A DNA stretch of 64,000 bases from NCBI GenBank assembly GCA_964016885.1, contig OZ024764.1, forward strand, positions 9,920,001-9,984,000, in the 5' to 3' direction. The notes beneath the pieces were generated by a model. That model worked only from the letters and a program-made list of their open reading frames with translations. It did no database searches and was not told where the DNA came from. This document shows, piece by piece, positions 1 to 12,993 of this stretch. Made by a program: the position numbers and the translations under genes. Every line of letters begins with the position of its first letter. Position 1 is the stretch's first letter. This DNA comes from Eledone cirrhosa (lineage: Eukaryota).

Positions 1-11
1 CACAGAGAGCA

Positions 12-677
<666 letters not shown>

Positions 678-1186
678 CTCAGACTATTTACAATTGCTTC
701 ACTTAGAAGTTAAACATCAAAGGGCAACGAACTCCAGCTTTACTAACATGAAAAGACGGTGAGGTCACAATAACCCTTTTGCCTGTTGTATACTGCACTG
801 TACCACCCTACCACCAAAACACCCGCCAAACTCAGCCACCCCCACCTCATGCAAGTGCATGTGTACCCATTCTTTAGTGATTGTGCAGTTGCTAGAACAC
901 CAGACTGTGCGCCTAACTGTGTTTTGTTACGGTGCCCTGCTCTTTGCACTCGGTACACACTCATAAGGCTCCAGCTTTTCCTATCATCCCTTTTGAAGTT
1001 GTTATGTATAATTATGTATCAAACATTTTTTTACACTATAAATAATACCAGTCGTGTACTGGGGAGATTTTATTTTGTCTATATCTTTCTTTGTCTCTCT
1101 ACCTGAGAAACAGCTCAGGTCCTGTAGAATCTCACCTCTATATATATATATATACAGCTTTTCCTATCCCTTTTGAAGTTGTTATG

Positions 1187-1318
1187 TAAGGTACTCAATA
1201 CATAGCAGAGTATAAATGTTTTAAAATAGAAGAGCTTCTACAGGACTAGAACTGTTTCATTCTTGAGAAATCATCAGGAATCCCTGAAACAGTTCAGGTC
1301 CTGTAGAATCTCATCTAT
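1187..1318 (-). mobile_element. Penelope-like pLTR fragment with partial fold-back and hammerhead-like core
   Basis: Minus strand reads ttcCTGATGAtttctcaagaatGAAAcagttctagtc. The same family recurs at 22985-23155, 27388-27460 and 51881-51990. Confidence 0.55.
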
Positions 1319-1356
1319 ATATATATATATATACACACACACACATATATATATAT

Positions 1357-1424
<68 letters not shown>

Positions 1425-1482
1425 CATCATCTATGTAGAATCTCATCTATATATATATATATATACACACACATATATATAT

Positions 1483-1586
<104 letters not shown>

Positions 1587-1589
1587 CAT

Positions 1590-1760
1590 CATGATCATCA
1601 TCATCAACGTTTAATGTCTATCTTTCATGCTAGTATGGGTTTAGATGGGAATTGTCCCACTTGAGGCAAGATTGGTGGTTGTCTTGCTCGAATAGGACTG
1701 TCTGGCAGGTTCTCTACGACTGGATGCCCTTCCTAACACCAACCACGTTTACAGTGTATA
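1590..1760 (-). mobile_element. SINE 3' part with RTE-type tail and (GAT)n end
   Basis: (cat)n followed by cgtttaatgtc...ggatgcccttcctaacaccaac, a motif shared with the other SINE copies in the window. Confidence 0.75.
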
Positions 1761-1885
1761 TATACACACACACACATATATATATAAACACATATATATA
1801 AAAATATATATATATATATATATATATAGATATATATATATACCTATATAAATATACATATATATAAATATATATATATATATAT

Positions 1886-2056
1886 ACGATATTAAATAAA
1901 TGGAAACTATATTTATAAAACCATATTTATTTCATTATACATATTTCAGGGATACCAAATTAAAATATGGCATATCGTATATCTACTCCGAGTGCTTTAT
2001 ATCAGTTATAAAATATTTACTTGTTGTATCCCAACAATTTTAAATAAAACTTTTGC

Positions 2057-2057
<1 letters not shown>
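1886..2057. mobile_element. Rearranged (part-inverted) copy of the hammerhead-bearing 'family A' module
   Basis: Left part is the reverse complement of 32460-32545; right part matches 32538-32632. Flanked by (TA)n. Confidence 0.7.
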
Positions 2058-2087
<30 letters not shown>

Positions 2088-2114
2088 TACATATATATAT
2101 ATATATAAATATAC

Positions 2115-2175
<61 letters not shown>

Positions 2176-2208
2176 TAAATATACATATATATACATATAT
2201 AAATATAC

Positions 2209-2239
<31 letters not shown>

Positions 2240-2410
2240 AATGAAATAATTCCGTCGGAAAAGTCCAGGAAAAAAGAGTGCTCTATGTAAGCAACAGAGC
2301 TTAATTATTATTATGTAATAAACAACATAAGGCAATTATTCCATTTACCAGTGGTTTCTTAAAAGCAAAAGGTTTTGCTTTCAATCCTCAGAATGAAAAA
2401 ATCCTGGTTT

Positions 2411-2457
<47 letters not shown>

Positions 2458-2595
2458 CAGTGAGTGTATTCTGTTATTATTCCTGGCAATATTATAACAA
2501 TATGACCCTCCCCAAATATAACAATATATATATTCATATATACATACATACATACATACATATATATATATATGTATATAAATATATATATATAT

Positions 2596-2626
<31 letters not shown>

Positions 2627-2627
2627 C

Positions 2628-2880
2628 AAATGCTGTGTGCAGGAGAGGTGGTTGCGCTGGTATGGACATGTGATGCGTATGAAGGATGACAGCTGCATAA
2701 AAAGGTGCAGAGCACTAGAAGTTGATGGAAACCGCGGAGTGGGGAGACCCAAGATGACCTGGGATCAGGTGATAAAAGCCGACCTTACCCAATTACACCT
2801 CTCAAAGACAATGACACACGACCGTGGCTTCTGGCGTCACGCAGTAATACAGAGTACCCGACCTCCCATGGGTACATGCT
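2628..2880 (+). pseudogene. RTE-clade LINE ORF C-terminal fragment
   Basis: ERWLRWYGHVMRM...RGVGRPKMTWDQVIKADL...DRGFWR, typical of the RTE C-terminus. Confidence 0.9.
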
Positions 2881-2919
2881 GAAGCATATAAACAATATGC
2901 CCCCACACCCCCCACCGCA

Positions 2920-3186
2920 AGGTGGTCGTGGAGGTGCCACGGCAAAAAAGCACCCAGCCCACACTGTAAAGTGGACGTGTAGGCACCCAGGAAAAAGCAC
3001 CCAGCACTCACTGTAAATGAGGTTGGTGTTAGGAAGGGCATCCAGCTGTAGAAATCAAGCCAGATCAGTTCCTGTATGAGCAAGGCATGGTCAGCCGACC
3101 AGACACTGCCCACAACAGGAAAACCCGTCTAACCCATGCTAGCGTGGAAGAACGGACGTAAAACGGTGATGATGATGATGATCATG

Positions 3187-3187
<1 letters not shown>
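2920..3187 (+). mobile_element. 5'-truncated SINE with RTE-derived tail
   Basis: gaggttggtgttaggaagggcatccagctgtagaaa core; aacccatgctagc...ggacgtaaaacg(gat)n tail. Confidence 0.8.
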
Positions 3188-3241
<54 letters not shown>

Positions 3242-3330
3242 CAGTGAGTGTATTCTGTTATTATTCCTGGCAATATTATAACAATATGACCCTCCCCAAA
3301 TATAACAATATATATATTCATATATACATG

Positions 3331-3923
3331 GGAGGCACATGGCTTAGTGGTTAGAGCATTGGCCTTGCAGTCGAAAGGTTGTGAGTTCAATTCTCAGACA
3401 GGGTGATGTGTTGTTTCCTTGAGCAAGACACTTTATTTCACATTGCTCCAGTTTACTCAGATGTAGAAATGAGATGATAGGGACTGGGGTCCATATCATT
3501 CCACTGTAAAGTGGTTGTGGAGGTGCCACGGCAAAAAAGCACCCAGCACTCACTGTAAAGTGGTTGTGGAGGTGCCACGGCAAAAAAGCACCCAGCACTC
3601 ACTGTAAAGTGGTCGTGGAGGTGCCACGGCAAAAAAGCACCCAGCACTTACTGTAAAGTGGTTGTGGAGGTGCCACGGCAAAAAAGCACCCAGCACTTAC
3701 TGTAAAGTGGTTGTGGAGGTGCCACGGCAAAAAAGCACCCAGCACTCACTGTAAAGTGGTTGTGGAGGTGCCACGGCAAAAAAGCACCCAGCACTTACTG
3801 TAAATGAGGTTGGTGTTAGGAAGGGCATCTAGCTGTAGAAATCAAGCCAAAATCAGTTCCCGTCCCACCCTTGCAAGCAGGGAAAAAGCAGACGTAAAAT
3901 GAAATGATGATGATGATGATGAT
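3331..3923 (+). mobile_element. tRNA-derived SINE (family 1) with internal 49-bp tandem expansion
   Basis: A box TGGCTTAGTGG, B box GAGTTCAATTC and (GAT)n tail. About 6 copies of a 49-bp unit at 3502-3805. Confidence 0.9.
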
Positions 3924-4084
3924 ATATATATATCAAATATATATTGAGTTAGGAACTGACCTTAGCGAATCTGGTCCCTTGCGATTTGAACACATATATC
4001 TATATATCTGTGTTCGTTTTTCTTTTATATTCAATTATAATATATATAGATATATATATAAATGAAAATGAAAATAGAGAAATT

Positions 4085-4268
4085 AATTGTTTCTACTTTA
4101 GGCACAAGGCCAGCAATTACCCAGTACATTACTGGTACTTTATTTTATCGACCCCGTAAGGATGAAAGGCAAAGTTAACCTCGGCGGGATTTGAACTCAG
4201 ATCGTAAAGGGACGTAACTATGCTGGAAAGCATGGCGTCCGACACTCTACCGATACTGCCAATCCACA
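4085..4268 (-). mobile_element. tRNA-derived SINE (family 2)
   Basis: Reverse complement of gtggattggcagtatcggtagag...gagttcaaatcccgccgagg...ggggtcgataaaataaagtaccag...aaagtagaaacaatt; matches 19770-19953 and 32934-33120. Confidence 0.9.
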
Positions 4269-4647
4269 AATAGAGAAATTAATGTGAGCAAGAAGCCAAC
4301 AGTATTTCATAATATATAAGTGACTATAACGTCAAAATTGAAAATAATTAACGTAAGATATGGGAAAATAATTCAAACTCAATTTTAAAAAAATCAAGAC
4401 AGAGATTTTATCCACAGATTTTGTGAAATCCAGAGAAAAAAACTATCCAACCCATGCCAGTGTAGGAAGTCTTGGACTGTGATAACCTGTCCAACCCTTA
4501 TATGTTGAGATTTTTCTAGTCATATCCCTGGTGGTCACCGATCTGTCCAGCTCGTTTGTCTACCAGCATACCAGGAAAAAATTATACAAATCCAGGGAAA
4601 AAACCAATAGAGTCTTAACTCAGAATAAAAAGTTTAAATACTCTATA

Positions 4648-4910
4648 TTCATCATCATCATCATCATCATCGTTTAACGTCCATCTTCCACGCTTGCATG
4701 GGTTTGGACGGGAGTTTTCCCACTTGAGGCAAGAGTGGTTGTCTTGCTCGTATAGGACTGTCTGGCGGGTTTTCTACGGCTGGATGCCCTTCCTAACACC
4801 AACCACATTTACAGTGTGGGGCTGGGAGGTTTTTACCGTATTACCTACACGGCCACATTACAGCGTGGACTGTGTGTGTTTTTGTCATGACAACTACACA
4901 ACCTCATTTG
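4648..4910 (-). mobile_element. SINE 3' part with RTE-type tail
   Basis: (cat)n cgtttaacgtcc...cttgcatgggtttggacg; near-duplicate of 5045-5310. Confidence 0.8.
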
Positions 4911-5044
4911 TTTATATATATATGTATATAAATATATATATTATATAAATGTTCAGATCTATTCATTGGAATCTTTGAGCATATTCTACAGATTTTATGG
5001 CGCATGTTTCTCAGACATGACATCCTTAATTTAATTTTGGTTAT

Positions 5045-5540
5045 ATCATCATCATCATCATCATCAACGTTTAACGTCCGTGTTCCACGCTTGCATGGGT
5101 TTGGACGGGGGTAGTCCCACTTGAGGCAAGAGTGATTGTCTTGCTCGCATAGGACTGTCTGGCAGGTTTTCTACAGTTGGATGCCCTTCCTAACACCAAC
5201 CACATTTACAGTGTGGGTCTGGGAGGTTTTTACCGTGTTGCCTACACGGCCACATTACAGCGTGGACTGTGTGTTTTTTTGTCGTGACACCTACACGATC
5301 TCATTTGTTTCGGCCTGGATGGCGCGGCACCAACATAACTTTACATAGAACGGGGTGGTGTGGATGGGGTGGGGGTGGTGGTGGTGGGACGGGGTGTATT
5401 TTGTTAGAGATGCCTACTGGCTGGAGTAGGTTTTACTATATATTTAGGTAAGGCGGGTCTTCTCTGTTACTGAGTACCGCCAAAGGTCTCGGTCCAGTGA
5501 CATTGTCTTGGAGAGGTGTAAGTGTGCGAGGTCGGAGTTT
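5045..5540 (-). mobile_element. SINE 3' part joined to a degenerate RTE 3' fragment
   Basis: Same SINE tail; the reverse complement of 5450-5540 resembles RTE fragment 2775-2860. Confidence 0.7.
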
Positions 5541-5914
5541 ATATATATATATATATGTGTGTGTGTGTGCCTGTGTGTTAGGTAATTCCGAAGAAAAAGC
5601 AAAGGAACAAAGAGTGCCCTATTTATAGAACATAGCTATATATATATATATTAGACTCAACCCACCTCCCCAATTTCTCTAATACGCCGTCCATTATCAC
5701 ACCCCTATATTCCTATAGCTTTCTTTGCTCATAGCTTTGTACTGACATACACATACACCCTTTTACTCACATATACACACATTTCTTCTTAGCTTCATAC
5801 GGACCTATAATAACACACACACACACACACACAGGGAGTAACCACAGTAAGTAAGGTACTCAATACATAGCAGAGTATAAATATTTAATATAGAAAAGGA
5901 CTACACATATATAT

Positions 5915-5949
<35 letters not shown>

Positions 5950-6038
5950 ATCACATACACCCATTATATAAATATATCTTGAAGATGGGGTAGGACAGAA
6001 CAAAGGAGAGGCACAAAAAACAAAGAAAAGAATCCCCA

Positions 6039-6081
6039 GTCACTGAAGAGGTCACAGAATGTGTGACGAAAGAAGTTTGAC
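6039..6081 (+). ncRNA. Minimal type I hammerhead ribozyme motif (family C)
   Basis: gtca CTGAAGA g gtcac..gtgac GAAA gaag tt tgac; stems I and II pair, stem III is degenerate. Confidence 0.65.
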
Positions 6082-6308
6082 AATATATAAACAACCATCT
6101 GGTTGTGGAACCAACCAACCGGAAATTTATAAATTCCTAAATTTATAAATTTATTATAATAAATTGAAGTGAAAGCAACTGGTGCGTGTGTTTCTTATTG
6201 GCAACATGACCCTCCCAAAGTATAACAATATCGGTTTCAACACACGTTTTCAGATAAAGAATCTTGCTAAACAAATTTAGAAACGATATATATATATATA
6301 TATATGAT

Positions 6309-6657
6309 GGAGGCACATGGCTTAGTGGTTAGAGCATTGGGCTTGCAATTGAAAGGTTGTGAGTTCAATTCTCAGACCGGGTGATGTGTTGTCTCCTTGA
6401 GCAAGACACTTTATTTCACATTGCTCCAGTTTACTCAGCTGTAGAAATGAGATGATAGGGACTGGGGTCCCTATCATTCCACTGCAAAGTGGTTGTGGAG
6501 GTGCCACGGCAAAAAAAGCACCCAGCACTCACTGTAAATGAGGTTGGTGTTAGGAAGGGCATCCAGCTGTAGAAATCAAGCCAGAATCAGTTCCCGTCCC
6601 ACCCTTGAAAGCAGGGAAAAGCGGACGTAAAATCATGATGATGATAATGATGATGAC
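6309..6657 (+). mobile_element. tRNA-derived SINE (family 1), full length
   Basis: A and B boxes, core and (GAT)n tail. Confidence 0.9.
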
Positions 6658-6699
6658 TGCCCCCCCATTATCAAGTATGGCCATTGCACGATATACCAT

Positions 6700-7029
6700 T
6701 CATTTCATCATTTCATTTTACGTCCACTTTTCCCTGCTTGCAAGGGTGGGACGGGAACTGATTCTGGCTTGATTTCTACAGCTGGATGCCCTTCCTAACA
6801 CCAACCTCATTTACAGTGAGTGCTGGGTGCTTTTTTGCCGTGGCACCTCCACGACCACTTTGCAGTGGAATGATAGGGACCCCAGTCCCTATCATCTCAT
6901 TTCTACAGCTGAGTAAACTGGAGCAATGTGAAATAAAGTGTCTTGCCCAAGGAAACAACACATCACCCGGTCTCAGAATTGAACTCACAACCTTTCGATT
7001 GCAAGGCCAATGCTCTAACCACTAAGCCA
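6700..7029 (-). mobile_element. tRNA-derived SINE (family 1), inverted relative to its neighbour
   Basis: Near-identical reverse complement of 6318-6635. Confidence 0.9.
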
Positions 7030-7049
7030 TTATCAATTAATTCTATCGT

Positions 7050-7290
7050 GCAATGCCTGTGCGTGAAGATGTGTTTTAAAGTGAGGAAAGACTGTGCACT
7101 GAGCCAATCCCACTCTCTGAGCGACAGTAGCTATAACCTGAAAAGAAGAAAAGATCAACATCATCTGTAACTACTGAGCCGCAGGTTTTATATCGGAGTT
7201 ATCCCAGTTTCCTGAGTTGCCTTCTCCTAGAAGAATGCCCTGACAAAGGCTAGGGGCCCTTCACTCCCAGTGGTTTAACCGTGCGATTGG
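7050..7290 (-). mobile_element. Probable non-LTR retrotransposon (RTE-like) 5' UTR fragment
   Basis: Shares gtgaggaaag..caatcccactctctga..acatcat..caggttttatatc..ccttctcctaga with 35000-35180 (opposite strand) and partly with 55915-56025. Confidence 0.55.
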
Positions 7291-7410
7291 GTCTCCAGCC
7301 TGACTATTTCTGTGGCCCTACGCATATACATACACATGCATACATGCATATAAACATATAAATACATATGTACACATTTTTTGGGATGGCCATTGATTCA
7401 TCAGTTCTTA

Positions 7411-7470
<60 letters not shown>

Positions 7471-7554
7471 GCATGTATGTGTTTATATATATATATATAT
7501 ATATAAATGAAAAGTATAGAAATTATTGCAGCGAGAAGCTAACAGTATTCCATA

Positions 7555-7632
<78 letters not shown>

Positions 7633-7728
7633 TATATATATGTTAATTACTTCTAGAAATGTTCATTCAAAGCTTTAACAGACTTGTTTAATAAATAGCT
7701 GTCATATTTATTGATATTGATCTACTAT

Positions 7729-7772
<44 letters not shown>

Positions 7773-7834
7773 ATCCACTATAGGTATATATATATATATA
7801 TATATGTGTGTGTATATATATATATATATATATG

Positions 7835-8021
<187 letters not shown>

Positions 8022-8034
8022 ATATACATACATA

Positions 8035-8065
<31 letters not shown>

Positions 8066-8101
8066 GTATGTATATATACATACATATATATATATATATA
8101 T

Positions 8102-8203
<102 letters not shown>

Positions 8204-8307
8204 AAAAATTGAACAGGGACAGAACAGAGAGGCAGTACGACAAATGTTTATTAGATTAGGTATATATATATATATGTGTGTGTATATATATATATATATA
8301 TACACAC

Positions 8308-8403
<96 letters not shown>

Positions 8404-8659
8404 CTATAGTAGATCAATATCAATAAATATGACAGCTATTCATTAAAGAAGTGTGTTAAAGCTTTGAATGAACATTTCTAGAAGTAATTAACATAATTGA
8501 CAACATAATTAACTAATTTACTAATTAGTTAATTAAATGGTAAATAGTTATTAAAAAGAACAATTACTTATCAATACATTGAAACGATCGTAGAAGTGAA
8601 TAAATGATTTCAACTCCATTAAGACCTTTGATTCAGCTTCAGAATTGGTCTCTGCAAAG

Positions 8660-8959
8660 ATTGGTAAAACGGAATAGAAAATGCTGACAAATTGTTCACA
8701 GTTGAAAAATGGTTTAATTAGGAATAAAAGAGTATTAGTAATTGTATGGGTTAGTATCCAGTTGTGGTTTTAAGTTTTTAAGTTTTTACTATCAGTTTCT
8801 CCTCCCTGTTTTGTGTTAGGAGAAACCGATAGTAAAAACTTAAAAACTTAAAACCACAACTGAATACTAACCCATACAATTACTAATACTCTTTTATTCC
8901 TAATTAAACATTTTTCAACTGTGAACAATTTGTCAGCATTTTCTATTCCGTTTACCAAT
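8660..8959. repeat. Fold-back inverted repeat, arms about 143 bp, loop about 14 nt
   Basis: ttggtaaaacggaatagaaa...tttctcct versus aggagaaa...tttctattccgtttaccaa. Confidence 0.95.
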
Positions 8960-9019
8960 ATATAATAACTTGTGTGTTACACCTCTATTCTTTTAACTAT
9001 ATATATATATACATATTCT

Positions 9020-9570
9020 TCGGGTTGGAAGAAGTTTAGGAGCTGCTTCCTCTGTTGACGAAGAAGGGTTTCTCCCTGCGTACGAAAGGCCGGTTGTATG
9101 ATGCCTGTGTGAGGAGCGCGATGCTGCATGGTAGTGAGACATGGGCAGCAACTGCAGAGGATATGCGACGGCTGGAGAGAAATGAGGCAAGCATGCTCCG
9201 TTGGATGTGCAATGTCAATGTGCGTGAACGACCCAGCATAAATGTGTTGAGAGAGAAACTGTGTCTGAGAGGGATAGAATGTAGTGTACGGGAGAGGAGA
9301 CTGAGGTGGTATGGACATGTGATGCGCATGGAGGATGACCGATGGGTGAAGAAGTGCCAGGAATTGCCAGTTGAAGGAAGACGTGGTAGAGGTAGACCAC
9401 GAAAAACATGGGCGGAGGTGGTGAGAACAGACCTCAGAATCATTGAAGCTCACGGTGGAGATGATGAGGACCGTGACGAGTGGAGAGATGCTGTGCTGAA
9501 TAAGACCCGTCCCACCCTTGCAAGCAGGGAAAAGTGGACGTAAAATGATGATGATGATGATGATGATGAT
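9020..9570 (+). pseudogene. RTE-clade LINE 3' end (5'-truncated) with (GAT)n tail
   Basis: KGRLYDACVRSAMLHGSETW...RRLRWYGHVMRM...GRRGRGRPRKTW...DRDEWR, then cgtcccacccttgcaagcagggaaaagtggacgtaaaa(tga)n. Confidence 0.95.
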
Positions 9571-9668
9571 ATATATATATATATATTATATATGTATGTA
9601 TGTATATATATATATATATATATAAATATATATAACATATGTATATAATATATATATATATATATATA

Positions 9669-9978
9669 ATGATAGGGACTGGGGTCCATATCATTCCACT
9701 GCAAAGTGGTCGTGGAGGTGCCACGGCAAAAAAGTACCCAGCCCTCACTGTAGAGTGGGACGTGTAGGCGTCACGGAAAAAAGCACCCACCACTCACTGT
9801 AAATGAGGTTGGTGTTAGGAAGGGCATCCAGCTGTAAGAAATCACGCCAGAATCAGTTCCGTTATGAGCAAGACAAGGTCAGCCGACCAGACACTGCCCA
9901 CAACAGGACAACCCGTCTAACCCCATGCTAGCTTGAGGAACGGACGTAAAACGGTGATGATGATGATATGATGATGAT
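9669..9978 (+). mobile_element. 5'-truncated SINE with RTE-type tail
   Basis: Matches 2920-3187 and the family 1 core. Confidence 0.8.
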
Positions 9979-10054
9979 ACACACACAAATATACACACAT
10001 AATATATATATATATATATATAATAAATGGGAACTATATTTATAAAATCATATT

Positions 10055-10568
10055 TATTTTATTATATATATTTCAAGGGTACCAAAAACTTTGGTACACT
10101 CTCATCAGATAAAATACAAAGTTTGTTTTATGAATAGTGACATAACCCAGTAACCAGACTTTATTGGTTTAAGTTCCATTTGGATAGTGAAAGGAAAAAA
10201 GAAAAAATTTCCAATCTTCAAGATGGACGTGTAAATGAAGTAGAAGTGTAGACTTAAAAAGTCGTTAAATTTAGACGCTAGGTAAATTTAAATAATTATT
10301 TGGATACTTTATAAATAAGTATATAATAATTATTTAAATTTACCTAGCGTCTAAATATAACGACTTTTTCAGTCTACACTTCTACTTCATTTACACGTCC
10401 ATCTTGAAGATTGGAAATTTTTCTTTTTTCCTTTCACTATCCAAATGGAACTTAAACCAATAAAGTCTGGTTACTGGGTTATGTCACTATTCATAAAACA
10501 AACTTTGTATTTTATCTGAGGAGAGCGTACCAAAGTTTTGGTACCCCTTGAAATATATATAATAAAAA
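10055..10568. mobile_element. Fold-back element (arms about 245 bp) with an outward-facing hammerhead at each end
   Basis: Arms are reverse complements. HHR 10055-10116 (-) has CTGATGA and HHR 10509-10568 (+) has CTGAGGA; both have a ttttat/ataaaa stem I and GAAA-TATATA-TA. Confidence 0.85.
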
Positions 10569-10813
10569 TTGTTTCTACTTTAGGCACAAGGCCAGCAATT
10601 ACCCAGTGCATTACTGGTACTTTATTTTATCGACCCCATAAGGATGAAAGGCAAAGTCAACCTCGCTTTCCATTATTAATATCATTGTTTCCATATAGTT
10701 TCCATTTATGAATCTCATTGATATTATACTCCAGAAAACCAGTAGACTGCTTCGAATCAGTTATAAATATATATATTTTGTTGAATTACCTACAAATTAA
10801 ATATCCCTTTGCT

Positions 10814-10848
<35 letters not shown>

Positions 10849-10853
10849 TATAT

Positions 10854-10909
<56 letters not shown>

Positions 10910-11165
10910 TTTAGCGAGGTTTTTTATATGAAATCGTGTGTCGAAACAAATATTGTTATACTTGGAGAGGGTCATATTTGTGTAATATTGCCAGAAATTA
11001 ATAAACAGAACACACTCACTGTTTGGTTGGTTTTCGCTTCTCGCTGTCTTTTATATCTGCGATCTAACTTACTTGGTCCTCAATGTTGCCATTGACTGAC
11101 CGACGGTCAAAAATAATACAGTATACAATATAGACACAAACACATATATATAGTTTACATAATTT

Positions 11166-11206
11166 ACATAAATCTTTCGTTGCACATCTGCAACATCGTC
11201 AGTGGT
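11166..11206 (-). ncRNA. Minimal hammerhead ribozyme motif downstream of the GIY-YIG ORF
   Basis: Minus strand: acca CTGACGA t gttgca gatg tgcaac GAAA gatt ta tgt; stem I is weak. Confidence 0.65.
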
Positions 11207-11519
11207 GTTATATTTTTTCCTCCTGTTGTGTTGTATGTCTACGCCATTTTTTATTCAGTCTGTCTATATATTTATTTATTTATTTGCTTGTTTGTATTAT
11301 TTTATTTTGTCTTCTTTGCGCATGCGTTTGCGTGTGTGTATAGTGTTATGTTTGCTGTATGACTAGTGTGTATAGTGTTGTGTTTGCTGGTGACTAGTGT
11401 GTGTTATGTGCTTGTTGTTTTTGTGGCTTGTGTATGTATTTATTTATCTTATTTTATTTTATTTTATTTACTTATTTAAACTTCTCTTAGGTCAGTGTTG
11501 TTTGTTTGGGTGTTGTTGT

Positions 11520-11830
11520 TGTTCCACTCATTCTTTCTGTTTAGCTTGGTCTTCTAATTTCTATTTCACTGGCCTCTCTGATTTGCCTATCTGCTGGGTC
11601 ATTCCTATGTTTAGATATTATTCTAATTCTATGTTGTCTAGCATGTTCGTATAGTACTTACCCCGTTTTTTCGTCCTTTTAGTTCCCCCCAGTGTTGGTC
11701 TAACCTTTCACCTATGCTACGAGCTGTCTCACCTATGTATGTTGTTGTCATGTTTCTGCAAGTACCCTCTGTACATCTTATGCTATAGACTACGTTTCTA
11801 GTTTTACAGTTAAACTGTAAAACTGAACTA
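11520..11830 (-). pseudogene. Penelope-like element GIY-YIG endonuclease (C-terminal, frameshifted)
   Basis: FNCKTRNVVYSIRC..GTC....YIGETARSIGERLDQH, continuing after frameshifts as VLYEHARQH..DPADRQIREASEIEIRRP / LNRKNEW. Confidence 0.9.
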
Positions 11831-11867
11831 TCCACAAGTGTTTTTTAACCTTCATATCATGTCTTCC

Positions 11868-11938
11868 TGTTTTATCTGATGAAAACACAAATATTATTGC
11901 ATGATGATATTTATTTTTGAAATGCGCATAATAAAATA
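11868..11938 (+). ncRNA. Type I hammerhead ribozyme motif (family B)
   Basis: tgttttat CTGATGA [AT-rich stem II] GAAA TGCGCA TA ataaaata; lies in module 11835-12065, which ends in (TA)n. Confidence 0.8.
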
Positions 11939-12231
11939 CATGGAACTCTTTTAACCATCTTTTGTTCTTATATATTATGTATACTCCAGTCCTACAAACT
12001 GTAGAGTGCTTATTATCCGATATCTGCATTGCTTTATTGTACTACAATAAAACTCACCTCCTACATATATATATATATATATATCATCATCATCATCATC
12101 ATCAATATATATATAAATACATGCTTGTTCAGAATGTATTACAGGTTTCTGTGGCTTGCAGTAACCTAAAAGTGCACAGAACTCAATAATGTGACAAAGC
12201 GATTGCAATACTCTTAGCAGACAGTGGAGCC

Positions 12232-12283
<52 letters not shown>

Positions 12284-12380
12284 AATATATATATATATAT
12301 ATATGTAAGTATGTATGTGTGTATATTTAAGTAAGTGCCGTACTAAGAGTGAGAAATGAAATTTTGTTTCATTCTATTCC

Positions 12381-12549
<169 letters not shown>

Positions 12550-12601
12550 CAAATATATACATATATATACATATATTTACATATATATATACACATATAT
12601 A

Positions 12602-12655
<54 letters not shown>

Positions 12656-12665
12656 CATATATATA

Positions 12666-12712
<47 letters not shown>

Positions 12713-12993
12713 ATGTATATATATAGTTAAATGACTTCTATTTACCCTAATCTGAATATAATCCTTTCATTTCTATAAATAATTTATTTAAGTTATTAAT
12801 TTCTTATTAACATTAAACTCTCTTAGAGATTGATCTTTTATCACAGAATTAAACTCCCATAATTCTTATATAGTTACTTTAAAGAGATTCTATTCACGTC
12901 ATTTCTTTTAATTGCAATTACTTCAATTAATAAGTACTTTTAACTCTGACTAAAACCTGCTCTGGTTCTATGAAATAAAACCACCCATATTAA

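Noticed and set aside
683-763. Possible exon (ag...AAAGACG|gtgag)
   Set aside because: No polypyrimidine tract, no recognisable protein and no partner exons
3331-3400. tRNA gene (also 6309, 7029, 19770, 32934)
   Set aside because: A and B boxes are present but run into SINE bodies with no acceptor stem or terminator; these are SINE heads
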